Virus record (IMG/VR): IMGVR_UViG_3300017963_000331
Span: 1 to 52,062 of that record
Origin: a virus
Lineage: Duplodnaviria; Caudoviricetes
Strand: one strand, 5' to 3'
DNA: 52,062 nt
The position numbers were made by a program, and so were the translations under genes. The notes beneath the pieces are model-generated. The model was not told where the DNA came from and did no database searches. It saw nothing but the letters and a program-made list of their open reading frames with translations. Below, piece after piece: positions 18,561 through 26,330 of this stretch. Numbering within the stretch: position 1 is the stretch's first letter; each line of letters opens with the position of its first letter.

Positions 18561-19243
18561 GCCGTCACCCTCTCGCTAATGTCACGGGAACAGTAAGAAT
18601 CAAAATATCCGCTGTCGCTGTCGGGCATTTCCCACCCGTCGATAATGTGCCCCAGCTTGACCGCGTCATCACAACCGCACGCGTAGACGTCGCCGTTAGG
18701 CTTGCAAATTGGACCGTCACAAGGGCAACGGTAGTCGTCGCCTTTCTCGATGCCTAGAACAGTCGTGGCGCGTCCGTTCGCCATAGGTTCATGGTGTTCC
18801 GTTGTGTTGCGAATGCCGACGCGCGAGGGCTCCGATATCTCGCGGTAGCGGTTGTGCTCCAGTCGCACGCGCTCCGCCTCTTCTCGCCATTGCCATTCTA
18901 CCTCTTCGTCAATCGGATCATGGTAGCAATCAAGGGAGAGGTCGGCAGCAATCGCCCCGCACTTGGCCAGCCCGAACAGCATACGCGTGCGCTCCGCGTG
19001 CGTCCCGTTCGTGATTACCATAACGCCGCAAGCTTCAATCCCCGGCGCGGACATAGCAAGCAGAAGGAACTTTTCAAACTGTTTGTGTAGCGTCGGTTCT
19101 CCTCCGCCTAGCGTTATGCTCATATCAGACGCCGCGACTGCTGCGCGGAACACGCGCAGACTCATATCCTCACCTTCCGCAGTGCATGAATAGCAGCAGT
19201 GCTCACAAGACATGTTGCAACGGGTCGTGATCTGAATATACAT
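18557..19243 (-). CDS. Radical SAM protein with a C-terminal SPASM/twitch-like Cys cluster
   Basis: ITTRCNMSCEHCC (CxxxCxxC), GGGEPTLH, ITNG and C-terminal CPC...PNGDVYACGC. Likely start ATG 19243 after GAGGTG. Confidence 0.9.
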   Translation of the reverse strand: MYIQITTRCNMSCEHCCYSCTAEGEDMSLRVFRAAVAASDMSITLGGGEPTLHKQFEKFLLLAMSAPGIEACGVMVITNGTHAERTRMLFGLAKCGAIAADLSLDCYHDPIDEEVEWQWREEAERVRLEHNRYREISEPSRVGIRNTTEHHEPMANGRATTVLGIEKGDDYRCPCDGPICKPNGDVYACGCDDAVKLGHIIDGWEMPDSDSGYFDSYCSRDISERVTA

Positions 19244-19244
19244 T

Positions 19245-19451
19245 CTACACCTCGTCTTTCTGTTCAATGGTCACGAATTCGTCAAGCAGTACCGGCGCCG
19301 CATCGTTGGCGCCCACAACCTGGACCCATAGCCCCCCTTGTTCGTCTAGTTCAAGCTTGATTGACGCCGGGAACTTGCCGAGATAGTCAATCGTGATGCG
19401 CCTATCGGGCTCCTCAAGCGCGACATAGACCGGCTTGCGATGCGCCATCAT
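19245..19451 (-). CDS. Hypothetical early protein
   Basis: 68 aa packed ORF. Confidence 0.55.
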   Translation of the reverse strand: MMAHRKPVYVALEEPDRRITIDYLGKFPASIKLELDEQGGLWVQVVGANDAAPVLLDEFVTIEQKDEV

Positions 19452-20053
19452 TCCGCGCCCCCTTCCTCTTCAACGGTAATGTTCGGGCTGTATCCGTCGT
19501 GATTTATCAGTGATTCGCGCACCTCGTCCGCGTCAATAGGTGTGTTCGCGCCGTAGAACACGCAATCTATTTCCTCCCCGCAAAGGTACACATTGAAAGC
19601 GCGAGTGGTTCCCTTTGTCTTGGGGTTTCCGTCCGCGTCAAGTTCTAGCGGTTCATGTTCGCGCACGGGCGCCGGTTTCTCTTCCTTGTATTTCGACTTC
19701 AGAAGTATCTGCGCCGCGGTTCTCTTCCCGTTCCATTGCGCCCATAGGTTGCCCGACACGTTCGACAGTACCACTAGCGATAAGTCGAACTTGCGCACGC
19801 CAACGAAAGCCTGCGCCACGTCGCCGAACCATGAATACGGATTCCCGCCACTCCCCCCGCGTTCCGCTATGAGTTGAACGAGCATAGGCGCGACGAGACG
19901 AAACACCATAGACGCGCGCCCCTTCTCCGGCACTAGCTTGACAAGCAGGCTATCGGGACAAGCGCCGCACGTGTCCCCGTCGTTGGGGTTCCACTTATTC
20001 GAGCGCGTATCGGGGCACGAGGATATCAGAACATTGACAATCGGTTTCTGCAT
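19448..20053 (-). CDS. Hypothetical early protein (apparently two-domain)
   Basis: 201 aa, AGGTG SD; C-terminal AFNVYL.G.EID.VFY...VRESLINHDGY.P.I.V module. Confidence 0.7.
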   Translation of the reverse strand: MQKPIVNVLISSCPDTRSNKWNPNDGDTCGACPDSLLVKLVPEKGRASMVFRLVAPMLVQLIAERGGSGGNPYSWFGDVAQAFVGVRKFDLSLVVLSNVSGNLWAQWNGKRTAAQILLKSKYKEEKPAPVREHEPLELDADGNPKTKGTTRAFNVYLCGEEIDCVFYGANTPIDADEVRESLINHDGYSPNITVEEEGGAE

Positions 20054-20064
20054 GGTATCACCTA

Positions 20065-20304
20065 TCAGGAAAGAGGGAACGGGGAAACGTAGGGGCGCCG
20101 CATACGGCGCGCCCCTTCTGCGCGGATAACGTCAAGCGCTTCCGCGTATCCTGGCATTGTAATCATTAGCGTGCGCCAGTCAATGCCGAACATTAAACCG
20201 CCTGCGCTTGCCTCATAAACTCGCGCCATGACGCGCGTGTATAGGCGGTTCAACGCGTCAACGGACAAGGTGCGAACGTACGCGGGGAGGGTTGAATGTA
20301 TCAC
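20065..20304 (-). CDS. Hypothetical early protein
   Basis: 79 aa, GGAG SD upstream. Confidence 0.55.
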   Translation of the reverse strand: MIHSTLPAYVRTLSVDALNRLYTRVMARVYEASAGGLMFGIDWRTLMITMPGYAEALDVIRAEGARRMRRPYVSPFPLS

Positions 20305-20307
20305 GTT

Positions 20308-20691
20308 CTATATCTCCTTGTTGCAATGTTCACAATCGGGCGCCTCGTCCATGTTACAAGTGGCGTCGCAATACTGGACGCGCCAACCGTCGTTGCACTT
20401 CGTGCGTATACTATCAATCACGTTTTCTAGTTCCTCGCGAACGCACGAGGGGCAAAGCGCCGCGCCGTCAGACGTGAAGTAGACAATAGAGTATCCACCC
20501 GGAAACGCGTAATCCCCAGCGCGCAAACAGGCGCGCAAGTCGGCGCCCGTCTTGATATCTCGGGAGTGCCGCGCGTAGTTGCGCCGCACGGGCTGCGCCG
20601 TCCAATTGTCGCGCCTCGTGTCGAATAGCTCACCTTGGAATTCGTGGAAGTAGTCGGGAAGTGTAGCGTGTAGCATTCTACCACCTATCAA
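20308..20691 (-). CDS. Early Zn-binding hypothetical protein
   Basis: AFPGGYSIVYFTSDG..LCPSC...GW.V...CEHC. Likely start at MLHAT after the AGGTGG SD. Confidence 0.7.
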   Translation of the reverse strand: MIGGRMLHATLPDYFHEFQGELFDTRRDNWTAQPVRRNYARHSRDIKTGADLRACLRAGDYAFPGGYSIVYFTSDGAALCPSCVREELENVIDSIRTKCNDGWRVQYCDATCNMDEAPDCEHCNKEI

Positions 20692-20727
20692 TATGGGTTG
20701 CGTGTCGCGTCGTATGCTGGCCAGTGT

Positions 20728-21225
20728 CTACGCTTCGGGGACGTCGCGCACCTTGACGGGAATACGTCTATAGGTGTTCGGCTCGAATTCGTCAATGCGC
20801 CCGACAGGTTGCGAGAACATGAGGCAGTTATCCCCGAACGGTTGGAATTCGCGCACCTCCCCGACATAGTAGCCCGCAACGTACATTTCGCATAAATCCA
20901 TACCGCTAGCGCTGTCGGGGACGTAACACACGGGGCGCGAGTATATCACGGCGCTTTCCCCCTTGTTGCGCGGGGGTTTCTGGCGCCGAACGTAGGAAAG
21001 AGGAACGCGCGCGAGATACAGCCCGACACGCGTGGTACGTTCGGGATTGCGAGAACCTACGGGTGGGGTGAATGTCTCGACGTAAAGCGCGCCGGGGATG
21101 GTTTCGTTATGCTTTCCACCCGTGCATATCTCTAGTGTGATAGGCTGCGCGCTTGTGACGGAGGGGAGGGATTGCAGCCACTCGGCGCGCTCGCGCGCTT
21201 GCGTTTCGTTGTTGTTGTCGCTCAT
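20728..21225 (-). CDS. Hypothetical early protein
   Basis: 165 aa, GAGGTG SD. Confidence 0.65.
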   Translation of the reverse strand: MSDNNNETQARERAEWLQSLPSVTSAQPITLEICTGGKHNETIPGALYVETFTPPVGSRNPERTTRVGLYLARVPLSYVRRQKPPRNKGESAVIYSRPVCYVPDSASGMDLCEMYVAGYYVGEVREFQPFGDNCLMFSQPVGRIDEFEPNTYRRIPVKVRDVPEA

Positions 21226-21356
21226 GCTTGCACCTCGAAAATGGATTCACCAAAATAGAAAGACAGGAACGCCCCCACGTCTTGATAATGCAAGACGGTT
21301 GGATAGTCGCCCCGATCAGACAGCCAGAACCATTGAATGTACACTACCACGTTCAC
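21222..21356 (-). CDS. Small 44-aa ORF not in the provided track
   Basis: GTG start overlaps the upstream stop (GTGA) and its stop overlaps the downstream start (ATGA): MNVVVYIQWFWLSDRGDYPTVLHYQDVGAFLSFYFGESIFEVQA. Confidence 0.55.
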   Translation of the reverse strand: MNVVVYIQWFWLSDRGDYPTVLHYQDVGAFLSFYFGESIFEVQA

Positions 21357-21622
21357 ACCTCGCGCTTGTCAATAATATGGTTCTCGTCGCGCAGGACGTA
21401 GCGCCCCGCGCGGTTCTCGACGTACGCGCGGAACGTGGTAGGGAACGAGGGCGCGCCCCTACGATGGGAAGCGTAAACCGTTCCTTCTTCGCGTTTGACC
21501 TCGCGTTCATATCCGGGGCGCGGGGGGCAACCGTTCGGAACGAGGGCGCAAGCTTGCGCTTGTGAAATGTACCAACAGCCCGAAGCGTAGCCGATACGGT
21601 TCTTAGTCTTGACTGTGAGCAT
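21353..21622 (-). CDS. Hypothetical early protein
   Basis: Likely start ATG 21622 (MLTVK) after the AAGGTG SD. Confidence 0.6.
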   Translation of the reverse strand: MLTVKTKNRIGYASGCWYISQAQACALVPNGCPPRPGYEREVKREEGTVYASHRRGAPSFPTTFRAYVENRAGRYVLRDENHIIDKREV

Positions 21623-21670
21623 ATCAACACCTTGTGAGAAGAGAGAAGAGAGAACCACGCGCGGGGCGTG

Positions 21671-22294
21671 TCAATTGTGAACGTACGCGCGCCCATCGTC
21701 GCCAATCATGAGCCCTTGAGTTCCGTAGGATTTACTGGCATTCGTCAAGCGCTTGCCCACTAACTCCGGCCAATCCCCATCCCAGAAACCGGCGCCGTGT
21801 CCATTGCGCGTCAAGTAGAAATCGTGCCCTGCTTGTTTCTCGCGCCCGTCTATGTCGTCCGCGTGTTCTTCCTGGAACGCGTTGCAATCCGTGATAATCT
21901 CGCGCCGCCCATCGTCGTCTATATCGTTCCAGTCGTGCGTATCGTCGAAAGGCCTATCCTCGCGTGTTCCATCGTCATAATGTTCGGCCCACAACATGCA
22001 CTCCACGTAAGCTTCCGTGAAGTCGTCAAGCCTATGCCACTCGGGAATCGCGGGGCGTTCGTCGTCAAGCTTCCCGGCGCATTCGGCGAAGTGGCGGACG
22101 CATTCCCCTAGCTTGGCGCTAGCCTGGACGGCGCTAGCGCAGTGTGTCACCTCCAAGCAGTAGCGCACCAAGTGCTTGCATGGCCCATCCGTCGACCACA
22201 CGATAGCGCCGTCATAAAGGGACGCAACGATGGTTTCGAGGTCCGCAGGGGCGTGTTGCTTGTTTCCGGCGTAGTCGCGGAATTGTCGTGTCAT
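21671..22294 (-). CDS. Acidic early protein with an HDFYLTRNGHGAGFWD motif
   Basis: Likely start ATG 22294 after GAGGTG. The motif recurs in phage early proteins of unknown function (from recollection, not a search). Confidence 0.75.
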   Translation of the reverse strand: MTRQFRDYAGNKQHAPADLETIVASLYDGAIVWSTDGPCKHLVRYCLEVTHCASAVQASAKLGECVRHFAECAGKLDDERPAIPEWHRLDDFTEAYVECMLWAEHYDDGTREDRPFDDTHDWNDIDDDGRREIITDCNAFQEEHADDIDGREKQAGHDFYLTRNGHGAGFWDGDWPELVGKRLTNASKSYGTQGLMIGDDGRAYVHN

Positions 22295-22349
22295 TGTGTC
22301 ACCTCGTGAGATTGGAACGAGTGGAACGAGAAGGGGGCAACCGTGGGCG

Positions 22350-22583
22350 CTAGATGCACGCGTGGAGAATGTCGTCAAGGGTATCGGATACGTGCAGAAG
22401 AGAGACGTGGGCGATTCCATCGGTTCCAAGTGTCACGAGGGGCGACACGTCGTAGCGCCCCTCCGGTTCCAGGATAACGCGACGAACGTAGTCCGACACC
22501 TCATGAACCGTGAGGGGGCGCGGGAAGGTGAGGGGGAAAGATTGGGTGTCCGTGTCCAGCGTAGCGTTTTGAGTGGCGATCAT
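22350..22583 (-). CDS. First gene of the early arm, hypothetical
   Basis: ATG 22583 after the GAGGTG SD. Confidence 0.6.
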   Translation of the reverse strand: MIATQNATLDTDTQSFPLTFPRPLTVHEVSDYVRRVILEPEGRYDVSPLVTLGTDGIAHVSLLHVSDTLDDILHACI

Positions 22584-22627
22584 TCTAGCACCTCGTGAGG
22601 TTGTGGGAGAGAATCGGGCTGTATTCA

Positions 22628-22656
22628 AGCATACCTTGCAATTGGCACGCGTGCCA
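22628..22656 (-). promoter_or_regulatory. Candidate early promoter overlapped by a 14-bp palindrome
   Basis: Minus-strand TATGCT -10; perfect palindrome TGGCACGCGTGCCA at 22643-22656. Confidence 0.45.
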
Positions 22657-22809
22657 GTCTAAAACCGGATAGGGTGATTGTCCTGGTTATGACGCGCGGT
22701 GATGACGCTTGTGCTGGCCAGCTATGCTGGCGCGGTGGTGCGGGTTGTAGTGAGGTTCGACTGGGTAAACCTGAACGATGGTAGCGATTGTGAGCCCGCA
22801 GGACCGTTA

Positions 22810-23000
22810 TGACCGGTCATGATGGGGTTGTAGCGGTTGTAGGGAGAGGGTTGTAGTGGTTGTGCGTGGTAGGCGTAGCCCGTGTGGTAGGTGGTGTTGT
22901 TGTGTGGGTTGTAGTGTTGTGTTGTTGTTGCAATCGTTATGACTGGTTGTGAGGGTTGTGTGGTGTGGTGGTGTGTGTGGTGCGTGCGTGGGGGTGAGGG
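22810..23000. repeat. G/T-skewed low-complexity tract
   Basis: The plus strand is dominated by GTTGT/GTGGT/GTGTG units. Confidence 0.8.
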
Positions 23001-23041
23001 TCGGGGCTAGCCCACCCCCTCCCCCTTGAATCCCCCTGCGC

Positions 23042-23082
23042 GTAGTCATATTGACGACAGTGTGTAGTCATATTGACTACAG
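23042..23082. repeat. Tandem pair of palindromic sites (22-bp period)
   Basis: GTAGTCATATTGACGAC (23042-58) and GTAGTCATATTGACTAC (23064-80). Confidence 0.8.
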
Positions 23083-23149
23083 GTTAGAGTGTACGGTGTT
23101 GTGATCGTTATAGATGGACATAGGTTTTGTGTTGGTTGTGAGGATTATA

Positions 23150-23500
23150 GGGGGGCCCCATGAGATTGTGGTCAACCATTCCTTACGGTGCTCCGGTCAG
23201 GTTGGGGTAGGGTAGCCCGCCTCCGCCCCGTAACGTCAAAACCTTTGAGAATAACGACTTAGGGGCAGATTACGGCTTTCCGGCATATCCCCTAAGACAG
23301 AAACCTGGAGAAATGAAGAAATGAGAGATAAGAAGGGGGCCCCACCGTAACGCCGTAATCTCGCCGGGGGAGAGGGAGAGGGAGTCTATAAGATGATATA
23401 TAAATATATATATATTATATACTTACGTCTATTCACCCTTTGGTCGCACCCCTCATAGGTGGCAATTTAATCTACGGCGTCCCCCCCGTCAAAACAACGC
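23150..23500. other. Candidate replication origin and/or packaging region
   Basis: Non-coding; five TTACGG/CCGTAA hexamers and an almost pure A/T tract at 23387-23425 in a GC-rich genome. Confidence 0.45.
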
Positions 23501-23648
23501 ATTTTGACCACCGTACTGCCGGAATCTCAGGGCGTTGGTTCGAGCCCGATGCCAGAAGTGTGGCGTTTGAACCGTGAACCCCCTGTTTATACGGTGCGCT
23601 CCCGCGCTGGCAATTATCATAGATTATTGGCCAGCAGGGGAAGGTTTA

Positions 23649-23657
23649 TGGTATGAT
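23649..23657 (+). promoter_or_regulatory. Extended -10 promoter for the rightward arm
   Basis: TGG-TATGAT upstream of the groES leader, which has a GGAGG SD. Confidence 0.55.
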
Positions 23658-23710
23658 GTTGGTTTGAAGAGTGTGTTGTTTGTTTCCCCTATCACTGTTT
23701 GGAGGTTGTT

Positions 23711-24010
23711 ATGTTGGTTCCCAGAAGAGATTCCGTGTTGGTCGAAATGCCAGAAGCGCCCGCCATGTCACCCGGAGGCATCGCGCTGCCGATGAACGTC
23801 AAACTCGACGAACCGGGCAAGCCCCGCGCCGGAACCGTCGTGGCGTTCGGTCGCATGACCGAAGATTACCGCAAGGGCGACAAGGTCTTCTTCACGTTCG
23901 GCTACGAAGTCGTTGAGAACGACAAGACCTACCTCGTCGTCAAGGAAGACGATATCATCGCGAAGTTCCCGCAGAAGACAGCGGCTCCCGCCCTGACTCC
24001 GCGCAAGTAG
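23711..24010 (+). CDS. groES: Co-chaperonin GroES (cpn10)
   Basis: LVPRRDSVLV, SPGGIALP mobile loop, GTVVAFG, GDKVFF and YLVVKEDDIIA. ATG 23711 after GGAGG. Confidence 0.9.
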   Translation: MLVPRRDSVLVEMPEAPAMSPGGIALPMNVKLDEPGKPRAGTVVAFGRMTEDYRKGDKVFFTFGYEVVENDKTYLVVKEDDIIAKFPQKTAAPALTPRK

Positions 24011-24060
24011 GGTCTTCGCTCTCACAAGTCACTTCACCCCAAGACACCGAAAGGCCACTC

Positions 24061-25227
24061 ATGGCTGGAAAACAATGTCTCACCCCCGGATGCAGTCACG
24101 TCGCGAAGTCGCGCGGGATCTGCACCAAATGCTACGGCACCCTGCGGGTCAAAGTCCAACGAGGCGAGATCACCTGGGATGGCGCCGTCGTTGCCGGGCT
24201 CTGCAACGCCGCTGGCGATGGACCCCAACCCGGCGAATCCGCAATGGCTGCCGCGATCCGCCGCGCCGAAGAGGCGGGCAAGATCAGGCTGCAACCGGTC
24301 CAACAGATCCCGCAACCCGATCCCGATCAGGAGCCGCCCGTCCAGGTTCCCGCGCCGCAGCAGCCGGTCGCCCCGCCTCCGGTCGTCCAGATGCCCGAGG
24401 TCAACGCCGCACCGGAAGGCTACGGCGAGTTCGATCCGAACGCGAAGCCCGCGCCAACGGCGCCGGAGCCCGCACGGCAGCCGCGAGACGAGCAAGCTCC
24501 CGAGGCGATTGACCCGCTCGATCTGATCGAAGAGGCTGACGACTTCGACGAGACGCCCGAGCAACGCCAACGCCGTCAAGCTATCGAGCGACGGTGGAAG
24601 GCGGAGCAACGCCAGAACTTCATCGAAGAGAATGGCTTCGAGCCGCCCGAGGGTGGCAAGGTCGTTGTGGTCCCTCCGCCGAACACGAGCTACGACCTCA
24701 ACAACGACCCAGATCAACAGGTGACCGGCGTTGGCGCGGGCAACACGCCCAACCCGAATCGCCCGCCCGGCGTCTACTTCGAGCCGCACGACCAAGCGGC
24801 GCCGCAGACGATTGACGGCGAGCCCCTTCTCCCCGGATGGTCGCTCCATCCTGACGGCGTGAACCTCGTCAACCCGCAAGGGCAGGTAGTTCACACTGAC
24901 CCTCGGATTCGGGCTCAACAGAATCCCGCCCCCGCCCCTGCTGGCCAGCCCGCCCCGGCGCCTGGACTTCAGGCTACGATCCCGACACCGGTCAATGTCA
25001 ACGTCCCGACGCCCGGTGGGCAGGTTGCGAACATCCAGGGCGGGCTCATCCTTCCGGCGACGCTTCCATCCAATCCTCCCGCGCAGGCTCCTGCCGATCC
25101 GGTAGCTCCGGCCCAACCGGAAGCCCCGCAGCAGGCCGCGCCTGAAAACACTGGGTTGATTCCGCAAGGACCGCAGCCCATGGACCCGCCGAAGCCTGAC
25201 GGCCAAGCGCCGTGGCTGGAGGAGTAA
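24061..25227 (+). CDS. Pro/Gln-rich protein with an N-terminal Zn finger
   Basis: CLTPGC...RGICTKCY followed by long disordered PQ-rich regions. Confidence 0.7.
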   Translation: MAGKQCLTPGCSHVAKSRGICTKCYGTLRVKVQRGEITWDGAVVAGLCNAAGDGPQPGESAMAAAIRRAEEAGKIRLQPVQQIPQPDPDQEPPVQVPAPQQPVAPPPVVQMPEVNAAPEGYGEFDPNAKPAPTAPEPARQPRDEQAPEAIDPLDLIEEADDFDETPEQRQRRQAIERRWKAEQRQNFIEENGFEPPEGGKVVVVPPPNTSYDLNNDPDQQVTGVGAGNTPNPNRPPGVYFEPHDQAAPQTIDGEPLLPGWSLHPDGVNLVNPQGQVVHTDPRIRAQQNPAPAPAGQPAPAPGLQATIPTPVNVNVPTPGGQVANIQGGLILPATLPSNPPAQAPADPVAPAQPEAPQQAAPENTGLIPQGPQPMDPPKPDGQAPWLEE

Positions 25228-25409
25228 TGAGGTACGCCCTTACGGTTGTGCTCCACACGGTCGACGACAAAGGCGAGGGCATCGACGTCCCCGCCGACGA
25301 ACTCGCCGTTCAAGTGGAGCGTTTACTCAATGACGAATGGATAGACGACGGCAACGACGTCGATGTGCAGATCGTCGAGGCTGAAGTCGAGGCGAGGTCT
25401 GACTTGTGA
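25227..25409 (+). CDS. Small acidic hypothetical protein
   Basis: ATG overlaps the upstream stop (TAATG); GGAGG SD. Confidence 0.6.
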   Translation: MRYALTVVLHTVDDKGEGIDVPADELAVQVERLLNDEWIDDGNDVDVQIVEAEVEARSDL

Positions 25410-25774
25410 AAGCTTTTACCGCGTGCCCGCAGTGCGGGAAGATCGTGACCGTTCGCAGGAACGGCAAGGTAAAGTTCCACCGCGTCAAGGTGTGGGACGA
25501 GAAAACCCAGACCGGGCGACACGCCCGGTGCTCCGGCACGAACCAGAAGGTTTCGTGCGAACACGCATGGATGACCTATCAGGCGGCAGAGGAAGCCATT
25601 GGAAAGCAACGAGACGCAACTATGAAGGAGTTGACAGATGCCGCGAAGAGACTTAGTGAAGCAGATCATGAAGCGAAAGCGAGACGACGCGAGGCAGAGG
25701 AGGGAGGATCAGGCGTTGCCGCCGTCGAGCGACCTGGGCTCATCCTCCCCGGCCAACGAGGATACCACGTCTGA
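25406..25774 (+). CDS. Zn-ribbon hypothetical protein
   Basis: CPQCG...H...CSG; GTGA overlap. Confidence 0.65.
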   Translation: MKAFTACPQCGKIVTVRRNGKVKFHRVKVWDEKTQTGRHARCSGTNQKVSCEHAWMTYQAAEEAIGKQRDATMKELTDAAKRLSEADHEAKARRREAEEGGSGVAAVERPGLILPGQRGYHV

Positions 25775-26330
25775 CTTCTTCGATGGCATCGCCGAACTCG
25801 ACGAGATCCTTGAGGACACCAACAAGCAGACTGACGACAGCGTTTGCGACTGCTGTGGCGAAGAGGATCTCAACCTGAAGACGGACGCTGGTAATGTCAC
25901 GCTCGAAGAGGCCGCACGCGCCCCGCTACTCATGGACGCGGAGGAGACGCACGAAGGAACCGTCTCAGAGGTCATGGATGCCGCCGACCCGAACGCTGAC
26001 CCGTGTAGCATCGCCTACTGGATCAAGCCGGAGGATCGCGAGCCGAAGCGTGTCTTCGAGTCGACGCCGAATGGTTCGGAGCCCAACGCATTCTACGATG
26101 GAGTGCTTGGCGAGGAGAAGCCGAGTAACGTCTACGACGCAGGGACGCAGCAACTCAACACTGGCCTTGACCAGGGGATCATGAGAAGTCATGGCGAAGA
26201 AGAAAAGGAAACGCCCCAGTTGGAAGGTCTACACGAAGGCGGAGCGACGAGAGGCAGTGAAGAGACTGGAGACGGAGACGAAGAAAGCCGTCTACACGGA
26301 TCTCCAGACGACACCTCGGACGCTGAATAA
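25767..26330 (+). CDS. Acidic hypothetical protein; start uncertain (ACG at 25767 or ATG at 25638)
   Basis: Asp/Glu-rich reading frame. A GAGGA SD sits just upstream of ACG. Confidence 0.5.
   Translation, partial: TSDFFDGIAELDEILEDTNKQTDDSVCDCCGEEDLNLKTDAGNVTLEEAARAPLLMDAEETHEGTVSEVMDAADPNADPCSIAYWIKPEDREPKRVFESTPNGSEPNAFYDGVLGEEKPSNVYDAGTQQLNTGLDQGIMRSHGEEEKETPQLEGLHEGGATRGSEETGDGDEESRLHGSPDDTSDAE

Noticed and set aside
22636-22656. Sigma-54 promoter (TGGCAC...TTGCA on the minus strand)
   Set aside because: The spacing between the GG and GC elements is 4 nt too long; better explained as a palindrome.
22807-23049. 80-aa His/Thr/Pro-rich ORF
   Set aside because: A by-product of the CA-rich low-complexity strand; no SD and no protein-like features.
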